From assembly GCA_016282915.1 (NCBI GenBank), contig JAEELW010000148.1, positions 61-64,060 on the forward strand: 64,000 nucleotides of DNA. Direction: 5' to 3'. Under the pieces are notes generated by a model. It had not been told where the DNA came from. It did not search any database and saw only the letters and a program-made list of their open reading frames with translations. The position numbers and the translations under genes are program-made. Origin of the DNA: Lachnospiraceae bacterium. GTDB taxonomy: Bacteria > Bacillota > Clostridia > Lachnospirales > Lachnospiraceae. Of the stretch, positions 47,952 through 57,523 are shown one piece after another; within the stretch, counting starts at the first letter, position 1, and every line of letters begins with the position of its first letter.

Positions 47952-48749
47952 ATGAAGGACAGGATACTGCTTTTTATCCCCATGTACAATTGTGAAAAAC
48001 AGATCACGCGCGTGCTCGCGCAGCTGACGGAGGAGGTGTGCGCTTATCTCGATGAAGTGATCATCCTGAATAACCGCAGCACCGACGAAGGCGAGCGCAT
48101 CGTGACGGAATATCTTGAGGAACACAGCTTTGCAACGAAGGTGAAGCTGCTGCGGAATAAGGAGAATTACGGCCTGGGCGGCTCGCAGAAGCTGGCTTTT
48201 GACTATGCGGTAAAGAACGCTTTTGATTATGTGGTAATGCTGCACGGGGACGACCAGGGGTCGGTCACCGACCTGCTGCCCTGGCTGAAAAAGAAGACTT
48301 ACCGGAAATACGACTGCTTTCTCGGGGCACGTTTCATGAACGGCTCCCGCCTGGAAGGCTATTCCCTGTTCCGTACCTTCGGAAACGTGGTCTACAATAT
48401 CCTCTTTTCCCTTGGCTGCGGAAAGCGCGTGCTGGATCTGGGTTCGGGCCTTAATATGTACCGGGTGGAGATCCTGAAGGACCGTTTTTACGCGAAGTAT
48501 AAAGATAATCTGATGTTTAACTACTGCATGATCCTGGGCTCGGCCTATCACGGGCATAAGATCCGCTTTTTCCCGATCTGCTGGAGGGAGGACGATCAGG
48601 TTTCCAATGTAAAGATGATGAACCAGGCTGTTACAGTCCTGAAGATGCTGGGTTCCTATATCGTAAACAAAAAGAAATTCATCGAAGACGAGCACAGGGA
48701 TGAGCCGCGTGAGGAATATGATGCGGATGTGATCGCGGAGAGCCGCTGA
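47952..48749 (+). CDS. Glycosyltransferase family 2
   Basis: LLFIPMYNCEKQI, NNRSTDEG and a DxD-type HGDDQG motif. The start is 1 nt after the upstream stop. Confidence 0.85.
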   Translation: MKDRILLFIPMYNCEKQITRVLAQLTEEVCAYLDEVIILNNRSTDEGERIVTEYLEEHSFATKVKLLRNKENYGLGGSQKLAFDYAVKNAFDYVVMLHGDDQGSVTDLLPWLKKKTYRKYDCFLGARFMNGSRLEGYSLFRTFGNVVYNILFSLGCGKRVLDLGSGLNMYRVEILKDRFYAKYKDNLMFNYCMILGSAYHGHKIRFFPICWREDDQVSNVKMMNQAVTVLKMLGSYIVNKKKFIEDEHRDEPREEYDADVIAESR

Positions 48750-48754
48750 TACGG

Positions 48755-49633
48755 ATGAAAGCCGGACGCAAAGGGATCTACAACCTGATCAATATCCTGG
48801 TACTGGGCATTTCGGCCGGATGGTTTATCGCCGCTTATGTACTGCCGGTGGATCCGGCTGTCCCGGCAGACCCGGTCCGCATCCCGGTGGTAGTGCTGAC
48901 GGTGGTACTGGTACATATGGTCAAGGCCGGAAGGCTTTATCTTGCGCTTTACGGACTGGATATGAAGCACGGCGCCTGCATGAAGCTTTACTGCAAGGTG
49001 ACGCCGGTCAGCGTGGTACTGCCCTGGAAGCTGGGGGAGTTTTTCCGTATCTACTGCTGCGGGGCCGAGCTTGGAAGCTTTCTCAAGGGCGGCGTGATCA
49101 TCCTGCTGGACCGTTTCTTTGATACCATGGCGCTGGTCACGATGATCGTACTGCTCTGGCTGTTTTCCGGCGGTATGATCCCGCCGCTGGCCTATGTGCT
49201 GCTGGCGTTTCTGGGTCTGGTCTTTTTCCTGTATCTGGCTTATCCGGGCATGCAGGAGGTGTGGAAGAAAAATCTGCTTTCGGCAAAAGCAACGCCGCAC
49301 CGGCTCTCGATGCTGAAGCTCCTGGATACCCTGGGCCGTGTGCACGGGGAGATCCGGGCCGTGCTGGGAGGAAGAGGGATACTTCTGTATCTGCTGTCCA
49401 TGGCCGCATGGGGCGTGGAGATCGGAAGTCTTGCATTTTTGCAGGGGACGGAAGAAAGCATCGGAGAACGGGTTGCCCGTTATCTCTACGCGGCCGTCGG
49501 GATAGAGGATTCCGTTGAACTGAAGCGTTTTGTTGTCTTTACGATCGTTTTGCTGATCTTTGCCTATGGCATCATCAAGCTGGCGGAGCTGATCGCGGCG
49601 TCCCGCCGGGAAGCAAAGAAGGGAAAAGCTTAG
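48755..49633 (+). CDS. Flippase-like / UPF0104-type integral membrane protein
   Basis: About 8 TM helices, directly after a GT2 gene as is commonly seen for this family. The assignment is tentative. Confidence 0.5.
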   Translation: MKAGRKGIYNLINILVLGISAGWFIAAYVLPVDPAVPADPVRIPVVVLTVVLVHMVKAGRLYLALYGLDMKHGACMKLYCKVTPVSVVLPWKLGEFFRIYCCGAELGSFLKGGVIILLDRFFDTMALVTMIVLLWLFSGGMIPPLAYVLLAFLGLVFFLYLAYPGMQEVWKKNLLSAKATPHRLSMLKLLDTLGRVHGEIRAVLGGRGILLYLLSMAAWGVEIGSLAFLQGTEESIGERVARYLYAAVGIEDSVELKRFVVFTIVLLIFAYGIIKLAELIAASRREAKKGKA

Positions 49634-49693
49634 CACGCTGCATGGAATAAGGCGGAAGATTCGCAGCAGGAAGAAAGAACAGAGGAAAGCGTT

Positions 49694-51148
49694 ATGAGAT
49701 ATATCGTGATCTTTGACGATACGGGAAAAAAGAGCGAGGTGATCTCGGACATCATCGGGGATAAGGGCTTTGCCGACGTTGTGGTCAAAAAACGCCGTCT
49801 GGAGGAGTATTACCGGGATGAACTCTTAAAGGAGTTTCCCGATATGCTATGGAAAAAGCTCCATTCCAGCTTTGAATTCGGCGATCTGTGCGAGGACCCG
49901 GCATACCGCGCTTCCGCTGAGACGAGGGTGCTGCACTGCTTTTCGGATTTCCTGATCACGGACGGGGAGAAGGCGCGGCTTTCTTTCCGCAAGCTTGCCT
50001 ATATCGACGCCCCCTATGCGGTGTTCTCGGGAAAGAAGGCACTGGCGGCGATGTTTCCTTCCGTCGAGAGTTATCTGGAATTCTGCAGGGCGGTAACGGC
50101 CGGGAAAAAGCCGCGGGAGCTGATCCTTGATCTTAAGGATTCCTTTGAAGCCGAAGGCCTGGTGGATATCGGCAATATCGGGAATTTCATCCAGTGCGTC
50201 ACGGGCAATTTCGATTCCCGCTATTTCAACTCGCTGAAGGGGAATGAGTATACCCTGGTCAAGAGTTCCTCCGATAAGGAAAAGCTGCGTGCGGAATACA
50301 ATTTCTATCACCTGCTGCCGGAGGATATGCGCTTCTGGTTCGTCCTTCCTTTTGATTTTAAGGAGACAGCGGAAGGGGCCAGCTATACGATGGAGCGCCT
50401 TCATATGACCGACCTCGCGATCAAGTGGGTGCACGGTTCCATGGACGAAGCGGAATTTGAAGAGCTGATGGACCGTTATTTTTATTTCTTCAGCTGCCGC
50501 CATGAAAAGGCGTGCAGCGCGGAAGAGTATAAAGCTGCGGCGGATGCCCTGTATATCACGAAGGTGAAGGACAGGATCGCAAAGCTGAAGGAACTCGCGG
50601 CATACGGAAAGATCGAAAAGCTCTTAAAGGCGACAGGCAGTGAAAGCGTGGATGAACTGGCGGAGAAGTATTTTTCGCTGAAGGAAAAGATCGAGAAAAA
50701 GAAGCGCTACCCGCAGCGCCTGGTCATCGGTCACGGGGATCCCTGCTTTGCGAATGCGTTATACAACAAGTCCACCAGAACGCTGAAGTTCATCGATCCG
50801 AGGGGAGCGCTGACGGAGGAGGATCTGTGGACCAATCCCTATTATGATGTGGCAAAGCTTTCCCATTCGGTCTGCGGGAGCTATGACTTTTTCAATAACG
50901 CGCTGTTTGACGTGCGGATCGGAGAGGATTTTTCGGCGGAACTGGAGCTGCCTTTTGAGAACGCGCGTTATAAGGCGGTCTTTAGGCGGAAGCTTGAGGA
51001 GAGCGGTTTTGATTACCTGAGCGTGCGGATCTACGAAGTGTCGCTCTTCCTTTCCATGCTGCCGCTCCATATCGACAATCCGCAGAAGGTGCTGGCCTTT
51101 ATCCTTAATGCGGGAAAAATATTGAAGGAGATCGAAAAGGATGTTTGA
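49694..51148 (+). CDS. Protein with C-terminal APH/choline-kinase-like phosphotransferase domain
   Basis: Brenner motif HGDPCFAN (HxDxxxxN), followed by FIDPRG. I do not recognise the N-terminal ~230 aa. Confidence 0.6.
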   Translation: MRYIVIFDDTGKKSEVISDIIGDKGFADVVVKKRRLEEYYRDELLKEFPDMLWKKLHSSFEFGDLCEDPAYRASAETRVLHCFSDFLITDGEKARLSFRKLAYIDAPYAVFSGKKALAAMFPSVESYLEFCRAVTAGKKPRELILDLKDSFEAEGLVDIGNIGNFIQCVTGNFDSRYFNSLKGNEYTLVKSSSDKEKLRAEYNFYHLLPEDMRFWFVLPFDFKETAEGASYTMERLHMTDLAIKWVHGSMDEAEFEELMDRYFYFFSCRHEKACSAEEYKAAADALYITKVKDRIAKLKELAAYGKIEKLLKATGSESVDELAEKYFSLKEKIEKKKRYPQRLVIGHGDPCFANALYNKSTRTLKFIDPRGALTEEDLWTNPYYDVAKLSHSVCGSYDFFNNALFDVRIGEDFSAELELPFENARYKAVFRRKLEESGFDYLSVRIYEVSLFLSMLPLHIDNPQKVLAFILNAGKILKEIEKDV

Positions 51149-51557
51149 GGATTATTCGTTTGTCTTTGATATCGACGGAACGCTCTGCCCGATCAAGAGC
51201 AAAGAGGAGCGCTACGAGGACCTGGTCCCCTATCCGGAGATGGTGGAGAAACTGCGTTATTATAAGGAGAACGGGGCAAAGATCATCCTCTTTACCTCAC
51301 GGAACATGAACAGCTATAAGGGGAATATCGGTCTGATCAACAAGCATACGGCGGCGATCCTTTCCGCCTGGCTGGAAAAATGGGATATCCCCTACGACGA
51401 GATCATTTACGGAAAGGTCTGGCCCGGAAAGAAGGGCTTTTACGTGGATGACCGCACGGTACGCCCGGATGAATTCCTGAAATACACGCCGGACGAGCTG
51501 GATGCGATCTGCGCCGCTTCCCGCTGTGATGAAAAGGAGCAGAAAAATGAGCAGTAA
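51141..51557 (+). CDS. HAD-superfamily phosphatase
   Basis: Motif I FVFDIDGTLC, motif II FTSRN, motif IV YVDD. 8-nt overlap with the upstream gene. Confidence 0.7.
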   Translation: MFEDYSFVFDIDGTLCPIKSKEERYEDLVPYPEMVEKLRYYKENGAKIILFTSRNMNSYKGNIGLINKHTAAILSAWLEKWDIPYDEIIYGKVWPGKKGFYVDDRTVRPDEFLKYTPDELDAICAASRCDEKEQKNEQ

Positions 51558-52293
51558 ACTTGAGATCGTGATCACCATGGGCGGCCTGGGTTCCCGTTTC
51601 CGGAAAGCCGGTTATACCCTGCCCAAATATATGCTGGAAGCACACGGAAAGACGCTCTTTGAATGGTCCATGATCAGTCTGGAAGGCTACCGGGATGCGG
51701 CGGCGCAGTATATCTTCATTGCCCTGCGGGACGGCGCGGCGGATACGGAAGCTTTTATCCGTGAGAAATGCGCCCTCCTCGGGATCGCGGAACCGAAGGT
51801 GATCCTGCTGGATGAGCTGACAGACGGGCAGGCGACGACGGCCACGCTGGCCGGGAAATACTGGAATGAGGAGAACGGCCTGCTGATCTATAATATCGAC
51901 ACCTATGTGGAAGCCGGCGAGATGAACAGTAAAGAACTGAAAGGCGACGGATTCATCCCCTGTTTTACGGCGGAAGGGGATCACTGGAGCTTTGTGCGTC
52001 TGGATGAAGAAGGCAGGGTGGCCGAGATCAAGGAGAAAGTACGCATCTCGGACCACTGCACGCTGGGAGCCTATTACTTTAAGAGCTGCCGCCTGTATAA
52101 AGAACTTTATGACAGCTATTACGGCAGCGGAGAGGGTGCCGGTAAGGAAAAATATGTCGCCCCGCTTTACGACTGGCTGCTTTCCCGGGGAGGGGAGATC
52201 TATATCTCGGATGTGCCCGCCGGCCGGGTGCATGTCCTGGGTACGCCCGAGGAGCTGGAAGCGTTCATACGTGAGGACTATGAAAGCTCATGA
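51547..52293 (+). CDS. Nucleotidyltransferase (sugar/alcohol-phosphate NTP-transferase-like)
   Basis: N-terminal VITMGGLGSRFRKAGYTLPKYML (GxGxR NTP loop). I prefer the ATG at 51547 over the track start at 51502. Confidence 0.7.
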   Translation: MSSKLEIVITMGGLGSRFRKAGYTLPKYMLEAHGKTLFEWSMISLEGYRDAAAQYIFIALRDGAADTEAFIREKCALLGIAEPKVILLDELTDGQATTATLAGKYWNEENGLLIYNIDTYVEAGEMNSKELKGDGFIPCFTAEGDHWSFVRLDEEGRVAEIKEKVRISDHCTLGAYYFKSCRLYKELYDSYYGSGEGAGKEKYVAPLYDWLLSRGGEIYISDVPAGRVHVLGTPEELEAFIREDYESS

Positions 52294-52352
52294 GAGGATC
52301 CCGGAGACCGGAGAGCCTGACGATCAGAATGGTATAAAGGGAGGATTTGTTC

Positions 52353-53261
52353 ATGCCGCGTAAGATCGAGATCACGACGAGGATGGGATGCAGGATCAAC
52401 TGCCGTTTCTGCCCGCAGAAACGCGCGCTGGAAAGGTATTACGCCGACGATAAAAAACGGCAGACCGTACTCTCGCTGGAGAAGTATAAGGAGTATATGG
52501 GAAAGATCCCGAAGGATGTGCAGATCATCTTTTCCGGGATGTGCGAGCCCTGGCTGAATGAGGAATGTACGGAAATGGTGGAATTTGCGGCACAGGGCGG
52601 CTGGGTCGTGGATATCTATACGACGCTCGTCGGCATGAAGGAGGAGGATTACCGGCGGATCCAAAAGCTTAAGCTTCACTATTTTGTGCTGCATGTGGCG
52701 GATAAGGACGGAAATGCCACGATCCCGGTGACGGAGGAATATCTTGCGCTCCTTAAGGAAGTGGTGGAAGGGCATAAAGCCGGAACGCTTCCCATCACCT
52801 CGATCTCCGTACACGGCGATTTTCATCCGCAGATCAGGGAGATCATGGCGCTGATCCCGGACGTGCCGGTGCTTCGGGAGATCTATGACCGTGCGGGAAA
52901 TCTGGAACCCGGCGAGGGCGTGACCATCACGGTACCGGAGGAAAAGAAGGGCTGTCTCTGCTGTACGAAATGTAACGGTTACAGTCTGGACGATAATTAT
53001 CTGCTGCCGGACGGCTCGCTGACGATCTGCCCAATGGACTGGGGCCTGGAATGCATACTGGGCAGCCTGGAAAACGAAAGCTATGAGGAGCTGTCGGAAG
53101 GAAAGGCAAAGCAGGAGTTCCGGAAAAAGATGAAGTCGGCAAAATACGGGCCCGTGCTGTGCAGGCACTGTCATGTCTCGCAGAGAAGGGGCGCCTACCG
53201 CGTTTCCTGTTTTTTCCGGGGAATGAAAAGGGTGGCCCGCAGGATCATCAAAGGGAAGTAA
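52353..53261 (+). CDS. Radical SAM protein with C-terminal Cys-rich (SPASM/twitch-like) extension
   Basis: CRINCRFC (Cx3Cx2C), and a C-terminal cluster CLCCTKC...CPMDWGLEC...CRHC. The ATG at 52353 lies 7 nt after AAGGGAGGA. Confidence 0.8.
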   Translation: MPRKIEITTRMGCRINCRFCPQKRALERYYADDKKRQTVLSLEKYKEYMGKIPKDVQIIFSGMCEPWLNEECTEMVEFAAQGGWVVDIYTTLVGMKEEDYRRIQKLKLHYFVLHVADKDGNATIPVTEEYLALLKEVVEGHKAGTLPITSISVHGDFHPQIREIMALIPDVPVLREIYDRAGNLEPGEGVTITVPEEKKGCLCCTKCNGYSLDDNYLLPDGSLTICPMDWGLECILGSLENESYEELSEGKAKQEFRKKMKSAKYGPVLCRHCHVSQRRGAYRVSCFFRGMKRVARRIIKGK

Positions 53262-53330
53262 AAAGATGCACAGGATTGCGGGAGTGCGGAGCACGAAGCG
53301 ATCCGTAAGTATCATGAGAACGGATACAGC

Positions 53331-53365
53331 GAAAAAACCGGCAGCCGCGAGGCTGCCGGTTTTTA
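53331..53365. terminator. Bidirectional intrinsic terminator between convergent genes
   Basis: aaaaaaccggcagcc gcga ggctgccggttttta is a perfect 9-bp stem with an A-tract and a T-tract. Confidence 0.8.
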
Positions 53366-53396
53366 TAGAGGGGAGCAATGATAAGATAATATCGTT

Positions 53397-55190
53397 TTAC
53401 TTGTTTTCCATGTTTTCCTCGACCATGTCCAGCATGTAGAGGAACTCGGCACGGAAGTCGTCGCTCATGATCCGGGGATCCTTCTTCAGACGGTCGCGGA
53501 TCGATCCCAGATCGCTGGTCCCTGCGAAGGAGGAGTCTCTCATCAGCATGCCGAACTGTGCGATGCCGGCTGCCCAGGAAGTATCGTCGTCCATTTCCGC
53601 GGAGATCTGATCCCTGCCGATGGGGTAGGTGAGGAGCCTGCTCACGTCTTCATCCGGCTCTTTGTAGCGGATGGATACGGTCAGAAGCTCGTCGCTGCCG
53701 TTACCGGAGGCGTCTTCGGTATTGTAGCGGGATTCCACTTCGGGGATCTCGTAGGCGGAATCCGTGGTCACCACTTCGTAGAGTACGGTCACGCACTGGC
53801 CGGAACCGACCTCGCCGCCGTCCTTGCTGTCGTCCGCAAAGTCTTCCGCTGCCATCTTGCGGTTTTCATAACCGATCAGGCGGTAGCCTTTTACCTGGGA
53901 AGGATTGAATTCTACCTGGAACTTTACGTCCTTCGCTACGGTGAAGAGGGTGGAGAAGAACTCGTCACGGAGCACGCGTTCTGCTTCCCGGCTGCAGTCG
54001 ATGTAGGAATAGTTCCCGTTTCCGTGATCCGCAAGGGCTTCCATCTTGTCGTCCTGGTAATTGCCGGAACCGAAGCCGAGGCAGGAGAGGAAGACGCCGC
54101 TTTCTTTCTTTTCTTCCACCAGACTGATCAGGCCTGCTTCCGAGGATACGCCTACGTTCAGGTCGCCGTCGGTAGCCAGAAGGATACGGTTGTTCCCGCC
54201 CTTGATAAAGTATTTTTCCGCGATCTCATATGCCTTCAGGATGCCGCCTTCGCCATTGGTGGAGCCCCAGGCTTCCAGACCGTCGATGGCTTCGCGGATC
54301 TTATCGTGCTCGCTGCCCTTTGCGCCTTCCAGAGCCACTTCCGAGGTGCCTGCGTAGGTCACGATGGATACGGTATCCTTATCCGTGAGCTCTTCCTGCA
54401 GCAGATTGAAGGCTTTCTGCGCCAGGGGCAGTTTGTTGTTGTCAAACATGGAACCGGAGGTATCGATGAGGAAGACGATATTGCTGCCCTTTTCCGCAGA
54501 AACCTCTTCCGCTTTGATGCCTACGCGGAGCAGCAGGGTATCCTTGTTCCAGGGGCAGGGAGCCAGGTCCATCACGGTCCCGAACTTTTCGCCGTCCTTT
54601 GCATCCGGATAGTCATAAGAGAAATAGTTGATCATCTCTTCGATGCGGATCGCATCTTTGCTGATGCCGAAACCGTCATTTTCATATACTTTACGGCGGA
54701 AGTTGGAATAGGTGGCGGTGTCCACGTCGGCGCCGAAGGTGGAGAAGGGCTGGGTGGCTGTCGATACAAAACCGGATTCCTTCACTGCGTTGTAGTTCTC
54801 GGTATTCCAGTCCACATCCTCGTAAGGCATGACATCATCAGCGGGAGGGACAGTGCCGGAATTGCCGTTCGGGACTGCGGCATTATCCGCTGACCCTGCG
54901 GCATAATCCACAGCCTCTTCGCATTCCACATTACATGCGGCTTCGTACACCACCATACCTTTGCCACGGTAATCATAATCGTCATCGTAGCTGTAGAGTC
55001 CGTCGTAGGCTTTGCCGACCCTGCGGATCCTGGCCTCGATCTCTTTGTCGCTGGCCGGGGCGCTTACCGTGGGTTTTCCGCTGTACGGATTGTTTCCGCC
55101 GCCGGGGGTCTCCGGATCGTTCCCGCAGCCGCTCAGTGCGGAGATCATCATACATAAGCTCATTGCAAGTGCGATCATCCTTTTCTTCAT
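53397..55190 (-). CDS. von Willebrand factor type A (vWA) domain lipoprotein
   Basis: Lipobox LSGC, MIDAS motif FLIDTSGSM (DxSxS), and ~600 aa YfbK-like overall organisation. Confidence 0.85.
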   Translation of the reverse strand: MKKRMIALAMSLCMMISALSGCGNDPETPGGGNNPYSGKPTVSAPASDKEIEARIRRVGKAYDGLYSYDDDYDYRGKGMVVYEAACNVECEEAVDYAAGSADNAAVPNGNSGTVPPADDVMPYEDVDWNTENYNAVKESGFVSTATQPFSTFGADVDTATYSNFRRKVYENDGFGISKDAIRIEEMINYFSYDYPDAKDGEKFGTVMDLAPCPWNKDTLLLRVGIKAEEVSAEKGSNIVFLIDTSGSMFDNNKLPLAQKAFNLLQEELTDKDTVSIVTYAGTSEVALEGAKGSEHDKIREAIDGLEAWGSTNGEGGILKAYEIAEKYFIKGGNNRILLATDGDLNVGVSSEAGLISLVEEKKESGVFLSCLGFGSGNYQDDKMEALADHGNGNYSYIDCSREAERVLRDEFFSTLFTVAKDVKFQVEFNPSQVKGYRLIGYENRKMAAEDFADDSKDGGEVGSGQCVTVLYEVVTTDSAYEIPEVESRYNTEDASGNGSDELLTVSIRYKEPDEDVSRLLTYPIGRDQISAEMDDDTSWAAGIAQFGMLMRDSSFAGTSDLGSIRDRLKKDPRIMSDDFRAEFLYMLDMVEENMENK

Positions 55191-55325
55191 AATATCTTCC
55201 TCCCTGTATCTGCCGCCTGTCCGCGGCCCGTGATATCGTTTTCTTTTTTCCTTGTGTTTCAGACGTCTTGATCTATATACGGAACGGCGCAGTCTTTTTT
55301 GTGGAAAAAAATTTTAACAAGGAGA

Positions 55326-55358
55326 TTGACAACTGTTTCATACTGTTATACACTGTTT
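55326..55358 (+). promoter_or_regulatory. Promoter overlapped by three phased ACTGTT(T/A) direct repeats (candidate GntR operator)
   Basis: TTGACA at 55326-55331. The repeats start at 55332, 55342 and 55352 with exact 10-bp phasing. The -10 candidate is TATACA or TACACT. Confidence 0.45.
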
Positions 55359-55381
55359 ATTGTCCAGGGAGGGATATTTAC

Positions 55382-55756
55382 ATGCATGTGATCATTAACA
55401 ACAGTTCCATGATCCCGGTTTACGAACAGGTAGTGGAACAGATACGGCAGCAGATCATGCTGGGGACACTGAAGGAGGGCGAAGGCCTGCCATCCGTCCG
55501 AAGCTTTGCGAACGAGCTGAAGATCAGTGCCCTGACCGTCAAGAAAGCCTATGACAAGCTGGAGGAAGACGGACTGGTGGTGACCGTTCACGGAAAAGGC
55601 AGCTATGTCGCCGCCACCGACAGCGGCCTGGCTGCCGAAGCCAGGAGGAAAGCGGCCGAGGAGGAGCTTTCGCTGGCAGTATCCAAAGCAAAGCTCGCGG
55701 GGCTGGATAACGACGACATTCGCGAGATTCTGGAGATGATCCTGGAGGAAGGATAA
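55382..55756 (+). CDS. GntR (YtrA-subfamily-like) transcriptional regulator
   Basis: IPVYEQVVEQIRQQIMLGTLKEGEGLPSVRSFANELKISALTVKKAYDKLEEDGLV. It is short (124 aa), as in the YtrA type. Confidence 0.85.
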   Translation: MHVIINNSSMIPVYEQVVEQIRQQIMLGTLKEGEGLPSVRSFANELKISALTVKKAYDKLEEDGLVVTVHGKGSYVAATDSGLAAEARRKAAEEELSLAVSKAKLAGLDNDDIREILEMILEEG

Positions 55757-56632
55757 ATGATCAGATTAAAAGAACTTACCAAAGTATACAAAGATTTCGA
55801 CCTGAACATATCGATGGAGATCCGGCCCGGCAGCGTCTGCGGGCTCATCGGAAAGAACGGCGCCGGGAAGAGCACGACCATAAAAGCGATCCTGGGACTG
55901 ATCCGTCCCACTTCGGGCAGCATCGAGGTGCTGGGCAAGGATCCGAAAGACTTTACGGCAAAAGACAGGGAAGCCATCGGGGCGTGCCTTGCGGATTCCG
56001 GTTTCAGCAGGCTGCTGCGCCTTGAAGATGTGGTCTGCATCTTAAAGAAGCTCTATAAGGATTTTGATGAAGCGCAGTTCCGTAAGCTCTGTAAGGAACA
56101 GGGACTGCCGGCGGATAAGAAGCTGGGGGACTATTCCACCGGTATGAAGGCAAAGCTCAGGGTACTGACGGCCATCTGTCACAAAGCAAAGCTGCTGATC
56201 CTGGACGAGCCTACGGCCGGCCTGGACGTGATGGCCAGAACGGATATCCTGGACATGCTCCGCGCCTACATGGCGGAAGACGAAGAACGTTCCATGCTGA
56301 TCAGTTCCCATATCTCATCGGACCTGGAAGGCCTGTGTGACGAGATCTATATGATCGGTGACGGACGCCTCCTGCTCCATGAGGATACCGATGTGCTGCT
56401 GGGAAGCTACGGGATCATCAAGCTCAGCAGGGAAGATTACGAAAAGGTAGATAAGAGCTATCTCGTGAGCGCGAAGAAACAGCCTTACGGTTATGACTGC
56501 CTTACGAACGAAAAGCAGTTCTATATGGAAAATTATCCGTCGGCAGCCATTGAGAACAGTGATATCGACAGTATCATCCTTTTGATGCTGGGCGGTGAAA
56601 AAGTGGCTGCAGGAGAGGAGGTAAAGAGATGA
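55757..56632 (+). CDS. ABC transporter ATP-binding protein
   Basis: Walker A GKNGAGKST, signature-like YSTGMKAKL, Walker B LLILDEPTAGLD. The start abuts the GntR stop. Confidence 0.9.
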   Translation: MIRLKELTKVYKDFDLNISMEIRPGSVCGLIGKNGAGKSTTIKAILGLIRPTSGSIEVLGKDPKDFTAKDREAIGACLADSGFSRLLRLEDVVCILKKLYKDFDEAQFRKLCKEQGLPADKKLGDYSTGMKAKLRVLTAICHKAKLLILDEPTAGLDVMARTDILDMLRAYMAEDEERSMLISSHISSDLEGLCDEIYMIGDGRLLLHEDTDVLLGSYGIIKLSREDYEKVDKSYLVSAKKQPYGYDCLTNEKQFYMENYPSAAIENSDIDSIILLMLGGEKVAAGEEVKR

Positions 56633-57282
56633 GAGGATTATTCGAAAAAGATATCAGGCTTGTACTTCAGAAAAAAGCCTTTCTGTTCCTGATCATGATC
56701 ATCGCGGTGGCGCTGTCCTTCAGCATGGATGATTCCTTCGCGGTCTCTTATGTGACGATGATCGGTATGGTACTTGCCATTACCACACTGTCCTATGACG
56801 AATATGACAACGGCATGCCTTTTCTGATGACTCTGCCTGTCAGCCGTAAAGGCTATGCGGCGGAAAAACAGATCTTCAGTTATCTGATCCTGACCGGCTG
56901 CTGGATCCTTGGAATGCTTTTGCAGCTGGGCTGCTTTGCGATACAGGATAAAATGCCGGAACCGCTGGCGTTCATCGAAAGCTCGCTTTTGTATCTCGGC
57001 ATATTTGTGATCCTGCTGGCGATACTGATCCCCCTGGAGCTTCATTTCGGGATGGAAAAGTCCAGGATCGCGATGTTTGTCCTCTTCGGGGCCTGCTTTG
57101 CCATCGGCATGCTGGGCACAAAGATCGGGGAATTCCTTCATATCGATCTTACGCCGCTCATTCAGACCGTGCAGTCGACCCCGGCAGCGGTACTGGCGGC
57201 TATCGGTGCGGGGATCGTGCTCTTCTTTGTAGTGATATCCTCGCTGATCACAGGGGCGGTCATGAAGAAGAAGGAGTTTTAA
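56629..57282 (+). CDS. ABC-2 type transporter permease
   Basis: 6 predicted TM helices and a 4-nt overlap with the ATPase gene. Confidence 0.7.
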   Translation: MRGLFEKDIRLVLQKKAFLFLIMIIAVALSFSMDDSFAVSYVTMIGMVLAITTLSYDEYDNGMPFLMTLPVSRKGYAAEKQIFSYLILTGCWILGMLLQLGCFAIQDKMPEPLAFIESSLLYLGIFVILLAILIPLELHFGMEKSRIAMFVLFGACFAIGMLGTKIGEFLHIDLTPLIQTVQSTPAAVLAAIGAGIVLFFVVISSLITGAVMKKKEF

Positions 57283-57523
57283 GGGAGGATGGGATTGTCG
57301 TGACCGGATCCCTCCGTTTGCTGGAAAGCGGAGTTGTATAAATAGTAAGGGAAAACAAGCACAGTTTTGTAAAATATAATGGTTTTTTCTCCTGTTTTCT
57401 GATAAAATATTTGTGTTATTATGTGTTTTTTCAGATGCCGGGAGATGAGCCGAAATGAGCTATGTGAGCTTGGGCCTGTTATACATCGTGAACCATATGA
57501 TCTGCAGGCTTCAGGCAGCGAAG

